DNA of 64,000 nucleotides from Thecamonas trahens ATCC 50062 (taxonomy: Eukaryota > Protista > Apusomonadida), in contig NW_013657653.1 in assembly GCF_000142905.1 (NCBI RefSeq), positions 290,392-354,391 of the forward strand, read 5' to 3'. A model generated the notes under the pieces. It ran no database searches. It was not told the DNA's origin and was given only the letters and a program-made list of their open reading frames with translations. Both the position numbers and the translations under genes were made by a program. This document shows positions 30,124 through 41,565 of this stretch, one piece after another (the stretch's first letter is position 1; every line of letters starts with the position of its first letter).

Positions 30124-31362
30124 TCAGTGGTGGTGCCCCTTGCACTCTCGCCCGCCGTGTGAATGCCGCCCTGATGCAGCAGCGTGGCGACAGGTAGTGC
30201 CACATTTCCGCGGAAAGCGGACGACGTTGGAGCACATGGCGCGACCAATGATGACCACGGCGAGAATGACGCAAAAGACGATCGGGAGCGCAACGAGGAA
30301 GACGCTGACCGGGTCGTTGTCGTCAGCCCAAGCACCCGCAGACTTGCTGATGAGGTGCGGGACGACTATGGTCTTCCAGAACTCGTCGCCCGCGCGCCCT
30401 GCGCCGCACACAACGACAGCTTCGTCCAAAATGGTAAAGCCGGCGTCGAAGCACCTGCCTCGTGGGGCAAGGACAGCCGCCTCGTCGCCGACACGCAGCG
30501 CGCACCAGCCGCCCACGCCCTCGGCGACAGTGGCCAAGCGTTCGAGCTCGCCGCCGGCAGCCTCCACCGCGGCCGAGTATGGTGCAACGAGCAGAGTAGG
30601 GAACGTCGCCGCACCCCGCTCGACAGTCTCAAGCAGTGCTGCGAGAAGGTGGCCGGTAGCGGCAGCAGCCACATCGGCTTCGACAAACACGCCCGAGATC
30701 GGGCCCTCGCCGGCGAGCACGTCTGCGGCGGCAGCGGTCGAAGCGTGACCGACCGCGGAGCAGAGACCAAGGTTGGCGACGACGTCGTCGACGATAGGTG
30801 TGCCTGCGGTGACGGCACCGTCCCACAGGACGTCGACGTGCGGCGCATCGCCGGCTCGCGCAGCGTTGTTGAGAGCCTTGGCGAGGTTGACAAAGCGGGC
30901 AAAGTAGCCGAGGACAAGTTCAGTCTCACCCCCGGGCACCGCGACGTGAACAAAGGTTCTCTTTGGTGAGCGATCGGCAGTGTACGCAGCGTCGAGCAGA
31001 GCTTCGTGCAGATCGCCGAGGAGCGCCGAGGAGTGGTCGCTCCTCGCAGCCAACGTTGCCGCGCGCTGGCTCTTGACCAGCGCGGCCGAGCAGTGCATGG
31101 GCGAGAGGATGGACGGCGCGGCGGCACCCAGAGGCAACTGCGTCCATGCATCCTCGAGCGCGCATGCTGCTGACAAGGCCGCTGGTCGCGGAACGGGTGA
31201 GCTCGCCGAGGCAGGCAGAGCCTGCTGGGCACCACCGGCGCGTGTGGCGGAGGCAGCTGGCGCCATGCCGTCCTGGGCGCCGGTAGCCAGCCACCACACG
31301 CAAGCCGCCACGAGAGCAGCCGCCAGCAGCAGGGCTAGGCGGACACGTGCAAAGTGGTCCAT
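30124..31362 (-). CDS. Hypothetical membrane protein (N-terminal signal anchor, C-terminal TM)
   Basis: ATG at 31362 (MDHFARVRLALLLAAALVAACVWW); C-terminal TM SVFLVALPIVFCVILAVVII. The ORF-track extension upstream is translated minisatellite. Confidence 0.65.
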   Translation of the reverse strand: MDHFARVRLALLLAAALVAACVWWLATGAQDGMAPAASATRAGGAQQALPASASSPVPRPAALSAACALEDAWTQLPLGAAAPSILSPMHCSAALVKSQRAATLAARSDHSSALLGDLHEALLDAAYTADRSPKRTFVHVAVPGGETELVLGYFARFVNLAKALNNAARAGDAPHVDVLWDGAVTAGTPIVDDVVANLGLCSAVGHASTAAAADVLAGEGPISGVFVEADVAAAATGHLLAALLETVERGAATFPTLLVAPYSAAVEAAGGELERLATVAEGVGGWCALRVGDEAAVLAPRGRCFDAGFTILDEAVVVCGAGRAGDEFWKTIVVPHLISKSAGAWADDNDPVSVFLVALPIVFCVILAVVIIGRAMCSNVVRFPRKCGTTCRHAAASGRHSHGGRECKGHHH

Positions 31363-31476
31363 GCGAAGAGGTGAGGTGAAGTGCAGGGAGGAAAGGGGTG
31401 GGGATGGGGGTGAGTGGGGCTGGGGCTGGGGTGCGCGGGTGGGGTTGGAGGCGGTGGTTGGGGTATTGAGATAGCT

Positions 31477-31952
31477 GGGCCCATTGGTGATGGTTGGAGA
31501 TGGTGGGCCCATTGGTGATGGTTGGAGATGGTGGGCCCATTGGTGATGATGGGAGATGGTGGGCCCATTGGTGATGATGGGAGATGGTGGGCCCATTGGT
31601 GATGGTTGGAGATGGTGGGCCCATTGGTGATGGTTGGAGATGGTGGGCCCATTGGTGATGGTTGGAGATGGTGGGCCCATTGGTGATGATGGGAGATGGT
31701 GGGCCCATTGGTGATGGTTGGAGATGGTGGGCCCATTGGTGATGGTTGGAGATGGTGGGCCCATTGGTGATGGTTGGAGATGGTGGGCCCATTGGTGATG
31801 GTTGGAGATGGTGGGCCCATTGGTGATGATGGGAGATGGTGGGCCCATTGGTGATGGTTGGAGATGGTGGGCCCATTGGTGATGGTTGGAGATGGTGGGC
31901 CCATTGGTGATGGTTGGAGATGGTGGGCCCATTGATTCTGGTTGGAGATGGT
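31477..31952. repeat. 28-bp tandem minisatellite, 17 units (GGGCCCATTGGTGATGGTTGGAGATGGT and a GATGATGG variant)
   Basis: Units start every 28 nt from 31477 to 31925; no spacers. Confidence 0.97.
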
Positions 31953-32059
31953 GATGGCTAAACCCATGCATCATTGCTGGTGTTGGCGGAATGCTGATTG
32001 GCTGGGGGGCCACTCGTCTCGCCCTTTCACCCGAACAGGCCACGACGTACTGACTGACC

Positions 32060-35000
32060 ATGGCGGTCCATGGCGTGCAGACGCCCTCCGAAGTCGTCAA
32101 GAAGGCCACAATGGCCCTGCTGGCAGCTACAAAGGCCGTTCACGCACAAGTGCCTAATGGAGAGCCACTTGTGTCCGCTGCCGCTGCCTACGCTCGTGCC
32201 CTTGGCACCAAGCTCCAGCTGAAGACCTCGTCGTACGCGTGCGCCGAAGCCGCTCTGGCCACGGGCGTCGCCGCAGGTCTTCCGCAAGTCATCGCCGCCC
32301 TTGTCGCCTGGCGCGAGGCGCACCCGGACGAGGCGCATACGCCGGCGGTGGCCTCGCTCGCCGCTGCCTGGGCTGCTGCCGCTGCCGACGTCGGCTGCGT
32401 CGCCGGCGACCTCGCCCAGCACACGGTCGCCAACGCCGACCTCTCCGCCGGTCTCTCGCGCCGCCCGGCCGCCTTGCCTCCGTCACCGGCGGCGTCGTCG
32501 TACGCGCTTCTGGCAACCATACTCCGCGCGCTACTTGCGCCCGACGCGGCTGACATCGGCCCCGTCGTCCGCGTCGCCTCGGCAGGCCTCCTTGCTGAGG
32601 CTGCCGCTGTCTTCAATCCAGACGCTGTCGAGTCATGGGCAACGCAGCTCGACATGCTCTGTGGCGCCATCGAGACCTACGCCGACGACCCAGCGAGCCT
32701 TCCGCGACCGGCATCGGGTCCGCCGCTCCTTCTGCACCTTCGCTCGTGGCGCCAGCTGGCGTCGGACGTCGCCGCCGCCGCGCCCACCGCCTCCCTCTAC
32801 TCGGCAGCCACCTACTTTGCCAGGCTCTTCAACAAGCTCGTCGCTCACATCCGCGACAACGGCGCTGTCGTCTCTAACCTCTTCCATTACCAAAAGATGT
32901 CGGCCTCGCTCGGCATGCCCAAGAAGGTTGTTGTCTCGCTTGTCGAGGCCTTTGCCGCCATGCGGACCGCCGGCGCAGACGTCGCCTCCAACCCGACCGC
33001 CGCGGAGTGGACTCGCATCCGCTCGGTCGTCACCGAGCTCCTTCCGCTCGCCGTCGAGACCATCACCACCTGCACCCGCATGCAGGCCGCGCTCCCACCT
33101 TCGCCATTCACTGACGTCCTTCTCACTCTGCTCAATGAGCTCTGGGCTGTCGCCCGCGTTCTCGGCAAGGCGCTGGCAACCTTTAACGCAGCCATCACCT
33201 CCCCGCGGCTTCTCTCTGACGACGCATGGGATCCGCTGCTCAAGGTCATTGTCGGCCTGGCATCCGCCGCAGAGTCTGCAGACGCTGGCTTGCTTGCGCC
33301 GGCCAGCTATACCGCAGGGTCGGCCGCCGACGCAAAGGCTGCCGTCAATTCCCAGCTGGAGGTCGTCCTCGCCGCTGTCGGTAGCCTCGGCGAAGCCATC
33401 GTCGACGAGGTCGTGTGGCCCATCTGTGCCACCCACGGCGCCGCGCTCGCTGACCTCGTGCAAAAGGTGACCCAGCTGACGCTCATGAGCGTTCGGCTTG
33501 CCCGCAGCGTGCCGAATGAGACCGGCACAGCCTTTCTGGGCTGGATTCGATTCGTTGTCTCTGAGCTCGTTGCCGTCATCCACTTCGCTGCCTCGGCACT
33601 CCACGAGTCGTCGCCGCCGGCGTACGCCGTCTGGCTCGCGCAGATGAACGCTGACTCTACCGCCGCCGCTGCCGCTGCCGGCTCCGGCATGGCCGCCGTA
33701 AGCACCGATGACGACACCGCGCTCCTCGGCGGCGGTGCGTACGTCATCGGTGAGCTCTGTGCTGCTCTCCAGGCTGCGTTTCACCCCGCGCTCGCCAGCG
33801 AGCTGGTCCTCGACGGCCTGCCGCTGATCACCACAGCTGCCGCCGACGCCGCTTCCGCCGTCGTTACTTCTATTTCACCGTACGTGGTGCCGGCCGGGAG
33901 CCTGGTGCCGGCGGCGGTTCTCGTTGCTGATTCTGTGCCTGTGGCGAGTGGGCTAGGTGCGAGTGAGGCCGGCGGCGGTGTCACGCCAGGCCTTGTCGCG
34001 TGTGTTGCGCTGGCTAGAGTCGACGCGCTAGCGGCGGCGAGTGCCAAGCTCGCCGATCTCGGTTCTAAGCAAGATGTCCAGCTTTCGACGCTGGTGATGC
34101 TGGGAACGGATGCGGTCGAGGCTGCCACCGCTCTCGTGACCCTGTGTTCGGCACTGGGCGCATCGCTTGACCCGGTCCGCGGACGGACTCTCGCGGCGCT
34201 CGGGGCACATGGCAAGATTGCGGCGTCGGTCCTGGTCCGGTTCGGTGAGTCGGCAACAGGCTCGCTCCCGCGGCTCTCCAAAGCAGTCATCGAGCCGCTT
34301 GTCTCTGGTCTTGCCCGTCACTGCACCCGAGTGCTCGATGTGCTCTGTGGCCCGTCAGCCATCGCTCCTGAGCTCCTTGCACAGTGGGTCGAGGGTTGGG
34401 GCGCGCCATCGCGCGAGGCCGTCGACGCCCGCGTGGCTGAGCTGGCGCGCGCATGTACCGCTGCCGCCGCCGTCGCAACCAGCGATTCATCTGCTGTCGG
34501 TGTTGGGAGCAGCGGTGCCGGGCCGGCGAGCTCCCGTGGCGCCGAAGCGCCCTCGGCGCCGGTCGACATTGACGCCCTTGTCTCGGGTCTCCAGTCGGCT
34601 ATGTGGCGCGGGCCGCAGGGTGTGGCGGCCTCGATGGGCAATGTGACGCCAGACCTTGCCGAGGAGCGAACTCGGCTGACCCGCGCACTGGACGAGCTCC
34701 GCGAGGGCAACACCGAGCTGCTGCGACTGATGACTGAGGATTCGCTAGTCTCAGGCATTGTGCTCGACGAGGTCATTGGCGCGCCACTCAAGGCTCTTGT
34801 CCTTGGGTGCATGCAGGTCTTTCTTGTCCTGCCGAATGCAACGGCAACTACAGCGGGCGACTCGCACTACGCCAACGTGGCCAAGATGGGCGTTGCGCTT
34901 TGCTCGGCGTATGCGCGGGTCTTTGACCTCGGCTCTGTTGCGCCGTCGGGCAAGCACCTGCTGTTCGCGGCGCAGCGGCTGGAGGCCCTCGACACTCTTC

Positions 35001-38000
35001 GGGCGGTCCACGAGCAGATCCGTGACAACGGGCGGAGTTTTGTGGCCGACGTGCCGGTCATCGACCTCGGCGCCGGATCGCTGGCAAACCAGCTCGGCGG
35101 CGTGGCTGAAGCCCTGGTGGCCGCGCTAGACGAGGCGCGGAAGACACTCGCGTCACAGCCGTCGTACGCGCTCACCGCGCTCTCGTCGGTCGGCAGCATG
35201 CTCGACGCCATGGCCATGTCGACCTCGCACCTTGTTCGCCAATGGCCGCGGTGTGATGACGAGGCTGCAGCCGACAAGCTCTGGCAAAACGTGGCGGCCC
35301 TCGGCCGTGGTGCCGGGCTGGCTCCGTCCGCAGCTGCGCCATCGTACCTGGGCGTGGTGACGGTGGCGCGCGATCTGCTCGAGCTGCCGCAGTTTGGCGG
35401 GAGTGGCGACGAGCTTCTGGTAGCAGTGGCACGGCTTGTTCCGCAGCTTGCGAGTGGTGTCGAGGCGACTGGGCAGCTGCTGCGCTCGGCGGCGCAGCCG
35501 GTTGTTGATGTGGCCGGCGATAGCAGGGACGTCGACGTCCTAGCCACCGTGGTTCAGCTCGTGGTGTTTGCCCGCGAGGTGAGCCAGGTGCTCGGCAGTG
35601 TCTTCCGAGCGGTGGCGCTTTCTCTGGCTACCCACATTGCGCCAGCTGGCGTCGGCAGCAGTGCTGCGCTGGAAGCGCCAATCAGCTCAGGCCTGGTGGG
35701 CGTCCTTGTGGCGTCGCTGGCAGCGTGGCTGGCGCCGAGTAGCGACGGCGGCATCTTGGTTCCTCGGACGTGGCTGGCGAGTCCCGGCGTGGCCAGCGCT
35801 GTCGGCCTCGGACAGGTGCCTCGGGCCGGTCTGGCCGGGGCGATGCTGCGCTCCGCTCGCTCGTCGAAATGGGCGAGCGGCTGGGACGTGGCTCGCCCGG
35901 CGGTGAGGTGGGTGAGACCAGCAGCGCCTCGTGCATCACGTCGCTTGGAGTGGAGACGGCGACCAAGGCCAGCTTTACAACGTTCTGTCGACTCGCCACC
36001 GGCGTGCAGCTCGCGGAAGCATCCGAGCTCGCTGGGCAAGACGCTTGTGCGCTTGTGAGCGCGGCTGCGCAGGTGAGTCTGGCGAGTCTGACGTGTGCGC
36101 TGGTGGTGACAGCGTCGCGGCGAGTGGCGGTGTCGTCGGTAGGCAGCGGGCTCACGCCGCAGGCACGGGTCTGGCTCCGTGGCGCAGTCAAGATTGGGAC
36201 GCTGGGTGCCGAATGGTGTGTGGCAGCGGGCCGCGGACAGCTCGATGTCGCCGGACTCGGGGGTGCCGCGCCAGCGCTTGCGCTTGTGGTGCCTGCGTTT
36301 GACTCGTTGGGCGCGGTCAAGTCGCGCGAGGCGACGCTGGTGGTGGAACGGTTGGAGGATGGGTTGTGCGTTGGGTTTGACGAGGCCAAGCGTGGGCTAG
36401 TCAAGCTGCAGGGCCTGGTGCCTGCGGCTGCGCAAGCGATGCAGATCCGGGCGAGCGGCGGGGGCGGGAGCGAGATGGAGGCCGCGCGGCATGTTGTGGA
36501 ACCGTTTGTGACCGGACGGGTCCTTGCCCAATGGCTGGGCGGACTCGACGCGGTGCTGCTACGGGCGATGCAGCGGGTTCTCGGCCTTCTTGCAGCAGCG
36601 TCTGTGGCCGAGGCTGTGGAGGCGCTCACGGCGTGTCTCCCGCCGCTGTGCGTTCTTGCGGGATCTGTGAGCATGCACGTGGTGGCGGGATCAGGCGGCC
36701 CGCAACAGGGCTCGCTGACCGTGGCCAAGTACCTGAGCGGTGCATTCAAGGCTCTGCTCGAGTGCGTGCACATTCTCTGGTTTGTGGTGAATCAGGGTCG
36801 GGCAAGCGGGCGGTCGGCTCAGTCGGTGCTCTTCTCGCCGGCTGTGCTGGCCAAGCTCGGGCTCAAGATCCACAACTTTGCGCTTGCGCTGACGGATGCG
36901 GACGGAATGATGTGGCTCTCGCTGCGGTCCAAGGTTGCCGCCAAGGTTGCGTTGCAGCTGCTGGACGTTGTAGCGCCACCGGATGCTGAGTTTGAGCGGC
37001 TGGCGCGGCTGTATGGATCGGGAGCAGCGCGGGCGGCGTCGGAGGAGGTGCTGCGGAGCACGAGCGAGACGACGCTGGCGGCTCACGTCCGAGTGGGGCT
37101 GGTTCGAACCCTCAACTCTGCGGTACCTGTGCTGGAGGCGATCCAAAATGCACCTGCACAGGTGAGCAGCCACGCGGCGACGCATGCGCGGCATCTGCAT
37201 GTGACGGTACTTGCGTGCTTTTGTGCGGCGTCGGGTCCGCGAGCTCGTGGCGAGATCCGCGACGAGGCCGAGGACCTGGGCCGCGAGCTGCTCGATGTGG
37301 GTACCGAGCTGGAAATGGTGATGGGGCGGTTGATGAAGGTCAACTTTGCGATCAGTATGGAGTCATCGCGGGAGCAGTACCTGCTCGTGCGGCTACTGGG
37401 CCGGATGGCGCGGTATGCGCAGGACGCGTCGCACGGGCTGCTGTTTGACGGACAGGGCTCGTCTGAGATCAACAACAGCGCTGGAGCGATTGCCAAGCTC
37501 TGCTCTTCACGGATGCAGGTGTTTGGTGCGGTCATTGCGCGCGAGCTCGAGCTCCAGGCGGGCGAGGTGCTTGTCGAGGTCCGGCCCGGCATCGGCGCGG
37601 CAGAGGACGGCGATGGGCGGGCGCTGGTGAGCCACGCCAAGAACATCGGAGTCGGCGTGCAGAGGATGGTGAGTGTGCTGGACGAGGTTCGCCAGGTGCT
37701 GGTGGCGGCCAATGTGGAGATGCGCGGCGACATTGGCGAGCTCTCGCGCGAGCTGACCGCGTCGGGCTCGGGCGTTGTCCGTGTTGCGGCCGAGTGCCAG
37801 AACTCGCTCGGCGATGAGGCGGTGGTAACCCGTGTCCGCGAAGCGCTGAACAAGCTTGTGGGTCAAGTCAACAGCACGCTCGCGTTTTTCACGCTCCGGG
37901 CCGAGCTCCGTGAGTTGCAAGAAGTCGCGGTTGCGTCGCTCAAGAAGATCTCGTCGGGCTTTGCAGGTGAGCTGCGAGCGCTGCTGTACGCGATCGGGCG

Positions 38001-40481
38001 GTCGGGCGCAGCAACGGCTGACATGCTCGGTATTCTCAACGCCGGAAGCAACCAGGCGACGAGCGTAATTGAGACCACGCGGCAGAGGATCGCTGACGTG
38101 TCGGCGACGGCCAAGCCGTATCTTCTTGGACTCCCGTCGGACGAGCTCCGCGACCTTGTGATGCGACCGCTCAAGGTGTACCTGCAGAGCGCGATTTCAC
38201 TGTTCCGCGAGTGCGTAGCCATGACGCCGGCTAACTTTCTCTTCCACTGCGAGTCGATCAAGGGCAAGGCCCACGTGGTGTCGGTCACGCTCTCGGCGCT
38301 CCTGGTCTCGATCTTTGACACCGAGGAGAAACGGCAGCTCTTGCTCGAGCGGGCGGCGCTGGAGCAGGATGCAGCCAAGGCTGCCGAGCGCGAGCGGATC
38401 CGGGCCGAGCTCGAGCTGCGCGACAAACTCGAGCGCGAACGGCTGGAGCGCGAGCGGCTCGAGCGGGAGCGACTGGAGCGTGAGCGGCTCGAGCGCGAAC
38501 GGCTCGAGCGGGAGCGAGTGATGCGGGAGAAGCTTGAGAAGGAGCGGGAGCTCGCTGCCAAGCGCGAAGCAGAGGCTGCGGCTGCCGCCAAGGCCGAGGC
38601 CGAGGCACGCGCAGCTGCTGCAGCCGCTACAACTGTGGCGGTCGAGGCCAAGCCTGAGCCCGCTGTCGATGACGTCGATGCGCTACTCGGCGAGCTGGCC
38701 GGCGATACAGGAGACAGCGCGGCCAAGTCCGAACCCGAGCCCGAGCATGCGGTCGATGACGTGGATGCGCTACTCGGCGAGCTGGCCGGTGATGCAGGAG
38801 ACAGCGCGGCCAAGTCGAACCCGAGCCCGAGCATGCGGTCGATGACGTGGATGCGCTACTCGGTGAGCTGGCCGGTGATGCAGGAGACAGTGGGGCCAAG
38901 CCCGTGGTCGATGGCGTGGATGCGCTCCTCGACGAGCTGGCCGGCGAGAGTAGGTCCGAGCCGGTTGCTGCTACAGCCGAGGCCCAGGCGGGCTCGGAAG
39001 CGCAGCAAAAGCCTGTTCGGAAGGATACAGCCCAAGTGGTGGACGACGTCGATGCGCTGCTCGGCGAGCTGGCTAGCGATGTGGGAGTGGGCGAGGGCCA
39101 GCGCAAGACCACCGATCAGGCTGTGGAGGATGTCGACGCACTGCTCGGCGAGCTGGCTGGAGAGGCGGGCCCAGGTGACAACACATGCGTGAGTGCGAGT
39201 GCTGCAGCTGCCGGTACGCCGGAGCATGACGATGTCAACGCCCTGCTCGACGAGCTTGGCGGGGCCGAGCCCGACGAGGCGGTTGAAGATGTGGACGCGC
39301 TGCTGAACGAGCTCGGCGGCGGCGATGGCAGCAGCAGCGTGAGCAAGCCGCAGCCGAATGTGGGCGGCGAAGCAGAGGAGGCGAACGTTGACGTGCTACT
39401 CGGCGAGCTGAGCCAGGCCCGGAGCGCGCCAGAGGAGTCTGTGGATGACCTGCTGCAGGATCTCGACCGGCGGTCGGGTGGGCGAAACAAGTCTGTGCGC
39501 GCACCTACCATTATGGGCATGTCGGCGCTGGAGGCGCTTGTTGGCGACATCGAGACCAAGCCAGGTGGAGCGGGGCGGTCGCGCAAGTCGACCCTCAACG
39601 CGCTCTCGGTCAACGAGCTGCTCTCGACACTTTCTGAGATGGAGACGCCGCGGTCGACGCCCTTTGCAGCTGCGACGCCGGCCGAGTCGGCTGACGACCA
39701 GGAGGACGTCGACTCGCTCCTCGCCGAGCTGGCAGGCAAGCTCGAACCTGTGACGGCGCCCGACGAGGGCGAGGATGAGATCGAGCGACTGCTCCGTGGT
39801 TTCTCGGCGGGCGGCGATGCTGCGAGTGCTGGCACGAGTGGGTCGGCCGGAGACAGCGCTCCGGCCGCAGCGACTGTAGCGGGCTCTGGCGAGTCGAGCA
39901 CGCAGGCGTCGTCGATCTCGATCGAGGCGCTGCTGGCCGAGATGGAAGGACCGCCGCTGACAACCGGGCCCGAGAGCGGCAGCGGTGGCAACGATGGCAC
40001 GCCGGCGTCTGCCTTGCCAAAGCACGTGCGGCGCAAGCCGACGGTGCGTCCGTCATCGGTCTCGCTCGTGGAGCTCCTCTCTGTCCTCGATGACGAGCAA
40101 GAGTCGAGTGAGAGTCGGGCAACGCGTGAGACTGCAGCCGGGGTCGGGGCGAGCGAAAGTGTCGCTCAGGGCGGCGGTGACGACGACGACGACGACATCG
40201 ACGCGCTGCTGTCGGCACTGGAGAACGAGACGGCGCAGATGGACGTGACCGACACGCTGCTGAAGGACGTTGACGAGCTCATCAACGAGGCGCCGGGCGG
40301 GCTCGACGCTGATCTTATCAATGCGCACCCAGAAGACATGCTTGAGGGCTTGTTGGGCGACATGATGGGCGGCGGCGGAGCCGGGTCAGACGGTGGATCT
40401 GGACACGACGAGGACGCGTTCGGCTCTGTCGGCGACACCATGTCGATTCTTCTGGCGGAGCTGGAAGGGATCGAGGCGTGA
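32060..40481 (+). CDS. Giant (~2,800 aa) helical-rod protein with LERER repeat and many paxillin-like LD motifs; frameshifts at ~35838 and ~38816
   Basis: ORFs 32060..36058, 35770..39192 and 38847..40481 join by adding one G in GGGG (35837-40) and one C at ~38816, where the previous repeat copy reads AAGTCCGAA versus AAGTCGAA here. Confidence 0.72.
38664..38900 (+). repeat. ~87-bp coding tandem repeat (about 2.7 copies) encoding AVDDVDALLGELAGDxGDSAAKSEPEPEH
   Basis: Near-identical copies visible at ~38664, ~38751 and ~38837. Confidence 0.9.
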
Positions 40482-40513
40482 GGCGAAGACGCATGCATGT
40501 ATGTGGCTGTACT

Positions 40514-41332
40514 TTACATAAAGCCCTCCTCGAACTCGTCGACATCGACGGGGCCAAGCGACTTGTTGGAGACGTACTCGGAGGCGAGCTGGGCCTCGAG
40601 GGCCTTTTCTGCGGCGCGGGCCTCTGCGGCGGCGATGCGGGCCTGCTGGTCGGCGAGGGCCTTGGCCTTTGCGGCCTCCTTTGCAGCCTTCTTGTTCTTG
40701 CGAATGACGGCGCGATCGCGCTTCATGCGGAGAGCAGCAAAGTCTGGCGACTCGTCGGCAGACATGACCTTCTTGAGGCGCTTGAGCACCTCGGGGTCCT
40801 TTGTGACGTTGCGAACTGTGTGGACCTTGCGGCGGTTCTTGAACGACACGGCGCCGGCCTCCATGTCTGCGGTCTTGAGCAGGTTGGACCAGGGCGTGTA
40901 GTTGATGTCCACGGCGGCGCGTTTGGAGCCTTCGATGGAGTTGGCCTTTGTCAGCTGGCACGCGTCCCAGATGACCGACGCTGGCAGTTCGTCCAGGCTC
41001 TGGCCGTAGCGCATGCGGACATATACGTGTGCCGAGGAGAGGTCCTTGACGTGGAACCAGACGTCCTCGTCAAAGCCATGGGCAATGAGCTCCTCGTTCT
41101 CCATCTTGTCGCGCCCGCGGTAGAGCGCATACACCTTGCCGTCATCCGGGGCTCCTGGGACGTCCTCAGGTATGCCTTCAGCGGTGGCCTTTCCCTTGCC
41201 CGTCGCCTTGCCCGTCGCCTTGCCCATCCCCTTGCCCGTCGCCTTGCCCGTCGAAGGTGGCGGGGCCGAGCTTGCCGCCGCCCCGGGGGCAGCATCGCCA
41301 GCTGGGTGCTGGGTGGTGTAGAAGAAGACCAT
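40514..41332 (-). CDS. CCDC25: CCDC25/Jlp2-like NFACT-R (DUF814) RNA-binding protein
   Basis: MVFFY...LYRGRDKMENEELI..DVWFHV..LSSAHVYVR..QLTKANSIEG..YTPWSNLLKT..M..GAVSF. Confidence 0.9.
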   Translation of the reverse strand: MVFFYTTQHPAGDAAPGAAASSAPPPSTGKATGKGMGKATGKATGKGKATAEGIPEDVPGAPDDGKVYALYRGRDKMENEELIAHGFDEDVWFHVKDLSSAHVYVRMRYGQSLDELPASVIWDACQLTKANSIEGSKRAAVDINYTPWSNLLKTADMEAGAVSFKNRRKVHTVRNVTKDPEVLKRLKKVMSADESPDFAALRMKRDRAVIRKNKKAAKEAAKAKALADQQARIAAAEARAAEKALEAQLASEYVSNKSLGPVDVDEFEEGFM

Positions 41333-41388
41333 TGACTCAGTGTCCGGGTCAGGTGTGGGTGGTATGGGAGAGGGGTGTGGGGAGTGGA

Positions 41389-41500
41389 GACGGTGGCAGT
41401 GGTGGCGGTGGGGGACGGTGGCAGTGGTGGCGGTGGGGGACGGTGGCAGTGGTGGCGGTGGTGGGTGGAGACCACCTCACCCCCCCACCCCACCCCCTAC

Positions 41501-41543
<43 letters not shown>
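41389..41543. repeat. 25-bp tandem repeat x3 (GACGGTGGCAGTGGTGGCGGTGGGG) followed by (CA)n, in the divergent CCDC25/DHHC interval
   Basis: Direct observation. Confidence 0.9.
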
Positions 41544-41545
<2 letters not shown>

Positions 41546-41565
41546 TCGACCACCACTTGACGCAG

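Noticed and set aside
30124-31362. Degenerate FkbM-type methyltransferase
   Set aside because: Only vague topological resemblance; no DxGAN or KIDVEG motif.
31477-31952. CRISPR array or repeat-protein (PSPMGPPSPTITNG...) CDS
   Set aside because: The 28-bp units are contiguous with no unique spacers and no cas genes. The ORFs are open in all three minus frames only because the unit lacks stops.
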